IMG/VR virus record: IMGVR_UViG_3300045950_000297
Span: 2,334-66,333 of that record
Strand: one strand, 5' to 3'
Origin: a virus
Length of the DNA: 64,000 bases
The position numbers and the translations under genes are program-made. Below the pieces are notes generated by a model that did no database searches, was not told the origin of the DNA, and worked only from the letters and a program-made list of their open reading frames with translations. This document shows positions 45,908-55,140 of this stretch, piece by piece (position 1 is the first letter of the stretch; each line of letters starts with the position of its first letter).

Positions 45908-48900
45908 TGGCCAACGTCACATCGGTTGAGCATCTCAAGAAGATGATGGACCGCCGCGGCGTCACTGCGCTGGATGGCACAGTGCGAGGTGTGGCAGCGG
46001 GGTACGCGCGCGTCCAGATCAAGGGATCACCCGAAGTGGTATTGGCGCGGGTGCCCACGCACATCCCGCCGGACGTCCTGGTCCCTGGCCGGCCGTGTTC
46101 AGTCGGTATCATGGCCAACGTGCCCTACATCATCGCGGCGTTTGCCGACACGAATGACAACGCGAATGGCTATGTGCCGGCCGTGCGCCCCAGACTGGGG
46201 GTCCCTGGCATTGCCGCGACTGTCACAGGGAACGGCAGATGGGCGCTGAGTTTCACTCCTGTCAATGGTGCTTCACGATATCTGGTGTATGCCTCCAACT
46301 CCCAGAATGGCGAGGGGGCGATTGATCTCGCTCCATTTGGGCAGTTCTCCGGCACAAAGAATGTCATCTACAACAACGTCCCCTCCGGCGCACGCTACTT
46401 TGCGGTGCGGGCGGTTGACAGTTATGGGCGGGAGGGGCCGCTGTCGAGCTGGGTGACGGACACTGTTGCTCCCCCAACCCCGGCCAATCCCACCGTATAC
46501 ATGACCAGTACAAATAAGATCATGGTGGTCGTGCCCTCGTCCGACACCAGCGCCAACCATCCCGGGTATCAAAAGTGGGATGTCCACTGGAGCTACGATG
46601 GAACCGGGGTGGGATGGTATCTGGGGACTTTCACCGGCAATGCCAACTCGACCAGCGTCAAGGAGTTCTTGAATCCGACTCTTGGGACTGCGCAATACAC
46701 CGCTCGTCCCTATGTCCGTCTCCGGGCGGCCGACTGGGCTGGCAATGTCTCCGGGTGGACGGGGTGGGTCAGGGATGTCAACGCCACCTTCACGCCAGCC
46801 CTGTCGGTCTACAAGACTGCCAACGGCGCCAACCTGGTCTGGACGACCGACTATCGCGTCCTCAAGTATGAGATCAGAAGCGCGGCCGATGCTAATGGGA
46901 CTGGCGTGAAGACGGTCGGAGACAGGACCGGCAACAGCATCTCAGTGACCAGCACCCATGGGTTTTTCAGTGTCCGGGCGATCATGCTCAATGGCCTGGA
47001 AGGTCCGTGGACAGCCTGGATCAAGGACAACACAATTCCGCTGACGGTTGATATTTCCAGGGTCACGGTCACCAACCTGAATGGCCGGATTCGGCTGACC
47101 ATAGCATCTGATGAGCGCTCCCGAGTCGAACCGGGTTTTGCGCATTGGCAGGTGTGGTACAAGGACACCCCAAGCGGGAGCGCATACAACACCGGCGTGA
47201 CCTTCAGAGGCAGCAGCATTGAGCTACCGCTGGATGTCAATACCGTGCGTTACTACGCCTTCAAGACGGTCGACCTGGCTGGGAACATCAGTGAACTGAG
47301 TGGGTTCGTCAAGGGGACTTCGATCCCCAGTGGTTATGGGCAACTTGAGGAGCGCTTCCGCTATCTAGCTCATGGCTGGCTTCCGCTGGTGCATTGCGTA
47401 GATGCGGATGGCAACATCCGCAACTGGACGTCTGTCTCTGGTACGCTCCAGACGTCGTTCTACCATTTCCCCAACCTGGAATGGTTTGCCTCGCCGTATG
47501 CTCAGTTCACCTCACAGACAACAGTGCGTGGGTACTTCACCAATGCCAGTGGGCTTGACTTGAATGTGCTTCGGGATGACTTCGACACCAACGACGTCAT
47601 CACCATTGCTCTGTCGCTGGAGTATGGTTCAGCGGCGACCTTCACCGCGACCCTGCGATTGCACCCCGACTCATACGGCAGTGGGAACTACCTGATCGGG
47701 TCCGGGAGTGTGGCCCTGACGGCTAATGGGCGGTTCGGTGTCATCAAAATCTCCAAGGCAGCCTTCACTGCCTATGGTAGCGGATCGTGGTCGAATGTCA
47801 GGGTCGTTGATCTCACGATCACATCGAGTGTATCACAGGCGAATGCTCGGGTGTGGATTGGGACCATTCGGGCTTCCAAGGTGTACAGCTCGGGTGACAG
47901 GCCGGCGGCCTATACCAACCTGGACACAGAACCGAGCATGGCTGATGTCCTGGGGCGCAACGAGATAGAGGCGCGCTGGCTGTGTAACGACTCGACTGAT
48001 TGTCATCTGTTCCCATTCGATATCGCGGCGGAGTTCAAGAAATACCCGAGTGACCCTGGCCTTAAGCTGGAGGGTTATCCTGCCAACGGGGTCTTCATCC
48101 CCAGCACGACATGCATGACGGCGAACGGGCGGATGGCGGCCACGTTCATGTATAACTCCTACGTCCCGTACATGCCGTCGGACGGCGAGTTTGGCATTGC
48201 CTTTGGGCTTAAGTTCGAGCACTACAACAACCGTCCAACATCAGGCTTTCTTCTCAGAGCGGGCTGGCGGTCGGGCAACTTCATCGCCGAGCTGTGCCGT
48301 CTGAGTTTAAGCGGTGGCAATGTGGTCTACACCGTCATAGCCAGCAAGACAATCACCCTGCCTGAGTCATGCGGGTGGATTGCCCTGGGGGCAGATTGGA
48401 CCGGTGTAGGCAGGATAATCAGATGTGCTGTTGCCCATTACAAGTCGGTCTCGACTTGGACACGTCGCTGGACCAGCGATGTCTACACGATGAATGCACG
48501 GCCGGAGGACTCCTTCAGCAAGGATGACAATCTGTCGCGCGGGGGGATGGTCGCTCTATGGTTCAAGGGTGCGCCCTTCTACGTGGCAGACATCGTGGCC
48601 GGTTCGCCCGAGCATGCCCATTCGGCCGATATCGCTCAGATTGCCAAGCAGGCATACACCCTGATCTCGCCGGTGGCCGACAATATCGAGTTGCTGGGGA
48701 CCTTAAAAGCGGGGGCGTTGGAGGCTGATGTCCTGATCGGCCAGATGCAGGGTGATCGCTGGCGTGGTTCTGGGGCCGGCGATATGGTTGTTGACCTGAA
48801 TCGGGCCGGGGCTGGGACACTACATATTCGTAACGACTCGCCTGACCAGATCGCCAACCTGCAGGTAGAGGGGAGCATTCTGGTGGGGGGAACTGTGGAC

Positions 48901-51519
48901 GGCGTAGATATATCCAATCACGCCGGCGATGCTTCCGCTCATCATGCCCCGATCACGTTGTCTGCCGCGTTGGATAATGGCCTGCTTGGTCTGTCCGGCC
49001 AGCAGTTGACATTGGACTCTCAGAATGCCAAAGCCTTCCTGGGCGGCCCGACCTCAGGGGGGGCAGCGGCGCCATCGTTTCGCAGCCTTGTTGCTGGCGA
49101 CCTGCCGGCCCACACCCACAAGGCGTCCGATCAAGGGGGCGACTATCCGTGGGCCTACATTACTGGCTTTGGGACGGACCTTGAGGATGTGGTTCTCGTC
49201 GAGAATGCCGGGGCGTCCACCCTGGTTGCGCGGGCCGATCATGTCCACGCGCTATCGCAAGCCATCACCCCGGTGTGGACGGGGCTGCACACCTTCCGCC
49301 GCCAGGGCGAGCAGCTGCGTCTTGGATATGACGTCAGCAACTATGCCGGCCTTGAGGTCAGTGCGGGTGGTGCTTTGACATTGACCCCGACCGGCAACCT
49401 GCTCAGATTTGGCATCACCAATGGGGCGGTCTCCCCCACGATTGGCTACACGGTTGATCTAGGTGTCCTCACGACCAAGTATCGGGCATTGCACGCGGCT
49501 GAGTTGTGGGTCGAGACGCTGGTTGCTCAAGACACCCTGGCGACCATTGGCGGGCGGATACTGGTTGGGCCAACCACCATTCTTGCTGCGGACGTTGGGA
49601 CCGCTGCCACTTCCATCACCGTCAAACACAACAACCTGTTGAACGGCGACCGAATCTATCTTGAGTCGGATGGCAAGGTCGAGTTCATGAGCATCGACTC
49701 GTCCCCGTCGGGCAGCGGGCCGTATGTCTACAACGTGACCCGCAACCTGGACGGAAGTGGGGCGAACGAGTGGTTCGCCGGGGATGCTGTCTTCAACACC
49801 GGCACGACCGGCAATGGGTTCATCGACCTGTATTCGGTCAGGGGGGTTCTGTCCGGCTTCGGTCCCACCATTGTTGGCAACGTCAGGACAGGCACGGCCT
49901 TCAATGCCTACGCCCCCAGGTGGGCTGTGGGCAACTTGAATGCCTTGTACGACTACGGCGCGAACAATGTCTACGGGTTCGCGGCGGGCAATTACTCCGC
50001 CACCTGGGTGGCCGTGGACGCGACCAGCGGCTTTCGTGTGATGAACAGCACCACGCAGCTGGCACGCTGGTTCACCGATGGTGTGATCCTGATCGGTCAG
50101 GAGACGACCGGCCAGAGCAATATCCGCATCTCGGCCGGTAACATTGCGATCCGCAATGCCACGACGGAGATCGCGAGGTGGGATTCCTCCGGGAACATCA
50201 CGCTCGGTCGGACCAGCGATGAGCATGTGAACATCACGGCGACTGCCCTGTCCTTCCGGGATGGGGCGACCGTACTCACCAACATCACAGGTGGGGCTAT
50301 CACAATCGGTCAGGTCGCATCTGGCCAGAGCAACGTCCTCATCTCGGCCGGGACTATCTCGATTCGCAACAACACGGCTGAGCGGATCAGGCTTACTTCC
50401 GGTGGCGAGTTGACGATCAGGGATGGCAGTGGCAATGCCGTCATCACACTGGACGCCAGTGCGGGTGCGGAAATCACTCGCAAGTTGACCATGCCTGGTA
50501 CGAGCAGCGCCATCGCGATTGGGTCTACTCCGCCTACTAGCGCCACTGCGGGCACCGGCATCTGGATCGACCGGACAGGTTTCTACGGACTGGTAGCAGG
50601 GGCCCAGCAGGTCAGAATCTCGGCGTCGGACGGGAAGTTGTATGCCGGCGGCGGGGCCGTGAGATTGGACACTGATGGTGTCACAATTTCAAACACAGCG
50701 GTGCAGATGATCAGATGGCTCGACGGCACGACGCCATGTGGGTACCTCCTCGGGGGAAGTAGGGGACCTGTCATGCAGGGGACCGACCGCGTGGCGTTAG
50801 TGGTGGGCAGTAATTACGTAGTCGAGGTTCTCACTGACGGCGTCTCAATCACGATCCCCATCACCGTTACCGGTGAGGGGTACTTCGTAGAGGACAGGGC
50901 CGGGCTGATGGCCCGCATAGCAAACCACCACCAGTGGGTCACCGACCACTTCCGCAGTGGTAGTATCCCATCTGGGTACGCCTGGACCTCCTCCTTCGGT
51001 CAGAGCGGGACACCCACGAGCATTCTTGACTACTCCTACCGAGGTGATTATATGCGTGTGGCTGGCAACAGTTCAACCGCCAGCCACAGCCTGGTCAAGC
51101 GCGGGCCGCTCGATCTGGCCGGTTGCCGGGGTAAGACAGTCCTAGCCCGGATGGCGGCTGGCAGTACCCTGGCCAGCATCATTATCTGGTACCTGATATC
51201 AGGTGTATGGCGATACGTTACCCTGGAGATCGAGCGGACGTCCGGGTACAACATCAACTGTAAGTTCGTTTACGATGTTGGCGGGTCGCAGGTCCTCACG
51301 ACTTTCAGTAACTTCGGTTGCTATGGTGACTTCTTTACCCTGCGACTGTACCATCACACCGATGACCGGGTGTACACGTATATCTACAACGAGTCCGGCC
51401 TGACGCAGAACATGCCGTCCACACCTGTCTTGTCCGCGATCACGGACTCGTACTGGGGGCTGAGGACGTATGGTACCGGCCAGCCGGCTGTATTCGATTG
51501 GTTCCAGTGCAGTGTGTGA
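45907..51519 (+). CDS. Large tail fibre/receptor-binding protein with FN3-like repeats
   Basis: YFAVRAVD..GREG, VRLRAADWAGNVS, YAFKTVDLAGNIS repeats; beta-helix-like C-terminal half. Confidence 0.75.
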   Translation: MANVTSVEHLKKMMDRRGVTALDGTVRGVAAGYARVQIKGSPEVVLARVPTHIPPDVLVPGRPCSVGIMANVPYIIAAFADTNDNANGYVPAVRPRLGVPGIAATVTGNGRWALSFTPVNGASRYLVYASNSQNGEGAIDLAPFGQFSGTKNVIYNNVPSGARYFAVRAVDSYGREGPLSSWVTDTVAPPTPANPTVYMTSTNKIMVVVPSSDTSANHPGYQKWDVHWSYDGTGVGWYLGTFTGNANSTSVKEFLNPTLGTAQYTARPYVRLRAADWAGNVSGWTGWVRDVNATFTPALSVYKTANGANLVWTTDYRVLKYEIRSAADANGTGVKTVGDRTGNSISVTSTHGFFSVRAIMLNGLEGPWTAWIKDNTIPLTVDISRVTVTNLNGRIRLTIASDERSRVEPGFAHWQVWYKDTPSGSAYNTGVTFRGSSIELPLDVNTVRYYAFKTVDLAGNISELSGFVKGTSIPSGYGQLEERFRYLAHGWLPLVHCVDADGNIRNWTSVSGTLQTSFYHFPNLEWFASPYAQFTSQTTVRGYFTNASGLDLNVLRDDFDTNDVITIALSLEYGSAATFTATLRLHPDSYGSGNYLIGSGSVALTANGRFGVIKISKAAFTAYGSGSWSNVRVVDLTITSSVSQANARVWIGTIRASKVYSSGDRPAAYTNLDTEPSMADVLGRNEIEARWLCNDSTDCHLFPFDIAAEFKKYPSDPGLKLEGYPANGVFIPSTTCMTANGRMAATFMYNSYVPYMPSDGEFGIAFGLKFEHYNNRPTSGFLLRAGWRSGNFIAELCRLSLSGGNVVYTVIASKTITLPESCGWIALGADWTGVGRIIRCAVAHYKSVSTWTRRWTSDVYTMNARPEDSFSKDDNLSRGGMVALWFKGAPFYVADIVAGSPEHAHSADIAQIAKQAYTLISPVADNIELLGTLKAGALEADVLIGQMQGDRWRGSGAGDMVVDLNRAGAGTLHIRNDSPDQIANLQVEGSILVGGTVDGVDISNHAGDASAHHAPITLSAALDNGLLGLSGQQLTLDSQNAKAFLGGPTSGGAAAPSFRSLVAGDLPAHTHKASDQGGDYPWAYITGFGTDLEDVVLVENAGASTLVARADHVHALSQAITPVWTGLHTFRRQGEQLRLGYDVSNYAGLEVSAGGALTLTPTGNLLRFGITNGAVSPTIGYTVDLGVLTTKYRALHAAELWVETLVAQDTLATIGGRILVGPTTILAADVGTAATSITVKHNNLLNGDRIYLESDGKVEFMSIDSSPSGSGPYVYNVTRNLDGSGANEWFAGDAVFNTGTTGNGFIDLYSVRGVLSGFGPTIVGNVRTGTAFNAYAPRWAVGNLNALYDYGANNVYGFAAGNYSATWVAVDATSGFRVMNSTTQLARWFTDGVILIGQETTGQSNIRISAGNIAIRNATTEIARWDSSGNITLGRTSDEHVNITATALSFRDGATVLTNITGGAITIGQVASGQSNVLISAGTISIRNNTAERIRLTSGGELTIRDGSGNAVITLDASAGAEITRKLTMPGTSSAIAIGSTPPTSATAGTGIWIDRTGFYGLVAGAQQVRISASDGKLYAGGGAVRLDTDGVTISNTAVQMIRWLDGTTPCGYLLGGSRGPVMQGTDRVALVVGSNYVVEVLTDGVSITIPITVTGEGYFVEDRAGLMARIANHHQWVTDHFRSGSIPSGYAWTSSFGQSGTPTSILDYSYRGDYMRVAGNSSTASHSLVKRGPLDLAGCRGKTVLARMAAGSTLASIIIWYLISGVWRYVTLEIERTSGYNINCKFVYDVGGSQVLTTFSNFGCYGDFFTLRLYHHTDDRVYTYIYNESGLTQNMPSTPVLSAITDSYWGLRTYGTGQPAVFDWFQCSV

Positions 51520-51525
51520 GGGACT

Positions 51526-52068
51526 ATGGAAATCAAGTTCGGGAACGTTTGTATCGAGTCGGACAGTCTTCGGGCGGCGTATGAGGCGGTCCTGGGGCAT
51601 TTCGAGGGCCTTGATGATTTCAAGGCGTGGGCGTTGCGTGAGGTGGAACGACGGCGCATGGAGGATGAGGCTGAGTACGCCAAGCCGGCCTACCCGGTCA
51701 AGGAGAGAGCGGCGCGTGCGGTGCTCGCGGGCAGTCGAACTGCCTATCTGGAGGCTGAGGCTACGGCGCGTGGAATCACGCGGGTCGAGTTGGCCCAGCT
51801 GATAGTCCAGAAGGCCGAAGCAGCGGCAATAGCCATCGACGCCATCGATGCGTGGGTATATCGAACTAAGACGGCCATCGAGGCGGCAAAGACCGTGGAC
51901 GCAATCATTACGGCCCTGGGGGGCGAAAAGGAGAAAGATGAAACTCTTGGACCTGGTGGCGAGCGAACGAGCATTGAACAACCTGATGCAGCAACCGATG
52001 CTGGCCGGGACGGCATTCCGCCTCGCGATGGTGGTGAAGCAGGCGGCACCGTACCTGGAGCAGTTTAA
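51526..52068 (+). CDS. Tail-fibre-associated protein
   Basis: EATARGITRVELAQLIV motif; 3' part overlaps next gene. Confidence 0.6.
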   Translation: MEIKFGNVCIESDSLRAAYEAVLGHFEGLDDFKAWALREVERRRMEDEAEYAKPAYPVKERAARAVLAGSRTAYLEAEATARGITRVELAQLIVQKAEAAAIAIDAIDAWVYRTKTAIEAAKTVDAIITALGGEKEKDETLGPGGERTSIEQPDAATDAGRDGIPPRDGGEAGGTVPGAV

Positions 52069-52291
52069 CCAGCAGCGGTTCGAGCTGGCCAGGAGGTACA
52101 GCGGCAAGGATGACAGTATCGCCCTGCCCGATGACATCCCACAGGAGAAGCGGGGGGAGTTCGAGGCTGAGATCAACGCCTTGCTCAATGAGGAGATCGA
52201 GATCGGCTTCAAGCCAATCGACCCGGACCTTCTTGGCGGGAATGTGACCCCGATGGATATGCTGGTGTTGGGATGGTTGTTCCATGAGTGA
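51938..52291 (+). CDS. Hypothetical phage protein (DUF1617-like)
   Basis: AAGGAG SD before MKLLDL. Confidence 0.6.
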   Translation: MKLLDLVASERALNNLMQQPMLAGTAFRLAMVVKQAAPYLEQFNQQRFELARRYSGKDDSIALPDDIPQEKRGEFEAEINALLNEEIEIGFKPIDPDLLGGNVTPMDMLVLGWLFHE

Positions 52292-52409
52292 CGTGCTGGT
52301 GAACAGCATCATCATCCCGTCCGAGACAGCCACTGAGATTCGACTGTTGTGCCCTGTTACCGCGCCGGAGTTGAGCTGTCCGGTGACTGCTGAGGTGCAA
52401 GTTGGCTAA
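52284..52409 (+). CDS. 41-aa hypothetical protein
   Basis: Fills gap, overlapping both neighbours. Confidence 0.4.
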   Translation: MSDVLVNSIIIPSETATEIRLLCPVTAPELSCPVTAEVQVG

Positions 52410-52707
52410 GGTTTACAAGAACTCGGTGCTCATCAACATTATCGTGAACGTGGGGATCGATCTCACGAACGCGGTCAGTGTCACGCTGAACATCAAGAAG
52501 CCATCTGGCGCTACTATGGCGCGGACTCCCACCATAGATGCCGACCGGACGAAGGGGCTGGTCTACTATCTGACTCAGGCGTCAGATCTGAACGAGGCTG
52601 GCATCTACTACGTGCAGCCGGTGATCGAGATGAACATCGGCCAAGGGACCAATGCTGTGTGGTATGGCGAGACGGACACTTTCGAGGTGTATGAGGCATA
52701 TGCGTAG
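52402..52707 (+). CDS. BppU-like Ig-fold virion protein
   Basis: IKKPSG, YYLTQASDLNEAGIY motif. Confidence 0.65.
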   Translation: MAKVYKNSVLINIIVNVGIDLTNAVSVTLNIKKPSGATMARTPTIDADRTKGLVYYLTQASDLNEAGIYYVQPVIEMNIGQGTNAVWYGETDTFEVYEAYA

Positions 52708-52903
52708 TGAACCTCGCGTGGTGAGGGACATTGATGGCTGTGTTTCGGTGCGCTATGCCCTCTTGGACGGCAAGCGAGTGAAGAAGATTGCCCCGATGCC
52801 TGTGTCGCCCGAGGCGCCCAGCTTGCAAGACCTGCAGCGTGTGCTTGCAGACATGCGCGCAGCGCTGGCCAGGCCGATTCTCGACGAGAAAGACTTCTCG
52901 TAA
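52700..52903 (+). CDS. Hypothetical protein
   Basis: GAGG SD; coupled. Confidence 0.5.
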   Translation: MRSEPRVVRDIDGCVSVRYALLDGKRVKKIAPMPVSPEAPSLQDLQRVLADMRAALARPILDEKDFS

Positions 52904-52914
52904 AGGAGTTGACA

Positions 52915-53517
52915 ATGAACAGAGGAGTTACGTTCCATCAGGGCGCCACCTCTCCTGGAAATGGTCGGGCTGAGGATGTCAGCCGCATGGCCGAGGTGGT
53001 CATCCAGATATCCGGCATTGTCGCTGGGGTTGTTGTCTTCGAGGGCACCACTGACGATGCCAATTGGGTTCCTGTCCAGGGGATGGATTGCTCAAGTGGT
53101 GAAGTTAGCAGCGGGACGTCAGCTGACGGGATGTTTCGAGTATCAACCGTCGGACTCTCGAAGCTACGTTGCCGCATTGCCTCGCTGGGAAGCGGGGTTG
53201 TTACTATTGTCGGACGCGGCGCAAGATATGGGTCTGGCATGTCCCTCGCGCACATAGCCGAGAACGGTCTTCTCAGGAAGATCTATCAGATACTGGTGCG
53301 TCCGACCACCTTGGATCCCATCACTGGCAAGCAGCGCGTTTCCTTGGCTGGTGAGACACTGCCGACCGTATCGACCGTGACGACTGTATCGACTGTGACA
53401 GCTGTCACGGCGGTGAACAACGTGGTCAGTGTGGGTGGTTATGCGGCCGGCCCCACTCAGATCTACGCCACTGAAAAGATGGCGTGGGCAGTCAACATCA
53501 GATCTAGAATTGCATAA
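52915..53517 (+). CDS. Putative virion protein
   Basis: VVFEGTTDDANW motif; TVSTVTTVSTV repeat. Confidence 0.65.
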   Translation: MNRGVTFHQGATSPGNGRAEDVSRMAEVVIQISGIVAGVVVFEGTTDDANWVPVQGMDCSSGEVSSGTSADGMFRVSTVGLSKLRCRIASLGSGVVTIVGRGARYGSGMSLAHIAENGLLRKIYQILVRPTTLDPITGKQRVSLAGETLPTVSTVTTVSTVTAVTAVNNVVSVGGYAAGPTQIYATEKMAWAVNIRSRIA

Positions 53518-53529
53518 GGAGAATGCAAA

Positions 53530-55113
53530 ATGCCAACTACATTGAGTTTCAAGGACAAGATTGACAAGCCGGATTGGCGGCCGCTGTCGATCACTCCAAT
53601 CGCCAATGCGGCAGGGATGCAGCTGGTATGTGATCTTCGTAACGATGCGTCCAGAGACCCGTGGCTGTGGGGGTTCGCCGCAACGACCTATCTGCTCAAG
53701 TATCTGACGCCCAATGATGACTGGATTCAGACGCAGGCATTTTCGGCCGTGGGCGGGGCGATTGCCGCCGGTTCATTCGCTATCTTCTGCCCCTCGCATG
53801 GCCCAACAGGGGTTGTGGGTGGAACGCCGACAACCACCTCCTTCACTCTCGCAGCGCTTCCAAACAGCGCGCAAGTTGGCGAAAACGCGCTTGCCGATAA
53901 CGGAAGTGGCGTCGGCTACCGGATTCGTGTTATTGGGAGTGGATCCGGTGGTAGTGGCAAGGTCGAAGAGCGAACAATCATTGCGAACACGGCCGGTGCT
54001 ACTCCGGTGGTGACTCTTAACGCGCCACTGACGTTCACGCCACTAACAACCGATCGCTACGAATTGCTGTCCGGGCGTGTCTACCTGCTGGGGTCCGGCA
54101 CGACTGCTGCCGGATTTTTCAGGGCGTTTGACGTAGCAACCGGCACCCTCAGCGGCAACCTGTCTATAACCAACCTGGGCGCCACCATTGCTATTGATAC
54201 TGGCGGTGTGATGCTCGATGAGCTCTATGTCCCGCACAACAGGTTGCCTGGGCAGGGGTTCTTCGGGGTGCTGACAGCCACGGCGATGGCAGCTGGCACA
54301 CTGACCGGACACTCCTCCGGCGGCGATGCTGGTGTGTTGGCAAATGAGTATCGCAACTTCCAGATACGGATTGTGGAAGACACTACCACACCGACTGCGG
54401 TGGGACAACGGCGCAAGATTGCTTCGCACACGGCCGGGGCATCGCCGGTATACACGCTTGCCTCCAACTGGACGGTGACCCCATCGGCCACAGCAAAGTA
54501 CGTCATCGAGCTGAACAATGACTTGCTGCTGTGGACCAACAACTTTGTGGTGACCTATTCATATGCTGCGGGTGGGTTTGCTGCGGATGCGAGCTGGGCC
54601 ACGGCTGCGGCCAGTGGGGGCGCCACACAGTATGCCAACCCACCGGCTGCGCATGGCGCGGGCGTGTGTGCGGAGAGCTTGTTCTCCATCGTCCCTGATG
54701 CGGCTAAGAATGCCCGTCATAGTTTCATCTATCGCATTCGCGGCGGTGGCAGTGCTGTTTTCGAGCGGTTCAACATCGCCGGCGGCGCCAACGGTGTGTG
54801 GTCCACGCTGACGTGGTACGGAAACCAGCTTGGGCAGAATATGACCACAGGCACGTGGTCTGCGCATGACCCGATTGGCAGCCAGGGCAAGTACTTCTAC
54901 GTCTGTGTCAACGGCACGCAGCGTATCATTCGTTTCAACATGCTCACCTGTCAGTTCGAACCATGGGCATATATTCGGTTTGCTCAGGGAGCGGCCACGG
55001 TTGGCTGCAAGGGGGCGACAGCAGCGTTCCTGGATAATGGCGTCGTTGTCCCGATTCTGTATCTGTGGCGCAGCACCGGGCAGGAGGTCTTCGATTGCAT
55101 ATTGCAGCGCTAA
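53530..55113 (+). CDS. Putative virion protein (beta-propeller-like, internal duplication)
   Basis: Two R.I..NT/HT repeats; Gly/Thr-rich. Confidence 0.65.
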   Translation: MPTTLSFKDKIDKPDWRPLSITPIANAAGMQLVCDLRNDASRDPWLWGFAATTYLLKYLTPNDDWIQTQAFSAVGGAIAAGSFAIFCPSHGPTGVVGGTPTTTSFTLAALPNSAQVGENALADNGSGVGYRIRVIGSGSGGSGKVEERTIIANTAGATPVVTLNAPLTFTPLTTDRYELLSGRVYLLGSGTTAAGFFRAFDVATGTLSGNLSITNLGATIAIDTGGVMLDELYVPHNRLPGQGFFGVLTATAMAAGTLTGHSSGGDAGVLANEYRNFQIRIVEDTTTPTAVGQRRKIASHTAGASPVYTLASNWTVTPSATAKYVIELNNDLLLWTNNFVVTYSYAAGGFAADASWATAAASGGATQYANPPAAHGAGVCAESLFSIVPDAAKNARHSFIYRIRGGGSAVFERFNIAGGANGVWSTLTWYGNQLGQNMTTGTWSAHDPIGSQGKYFYVCVNGTQRIIRFNMLTCQFEPWAYIRFAQGAATVGCKGATAAFLDNGVVVPILYLWRSTGQEVFDCILQR

Positions 55114-55140
55114 GCGAATCTGAATAGCGGAGAGGGCACT

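Noticed and set aside
53362-53415. TVSTVTTVSTVTAVTAV tandem repeat
   Set aside because: Degenerate protein-level low-complexity repeat, not a DNA array
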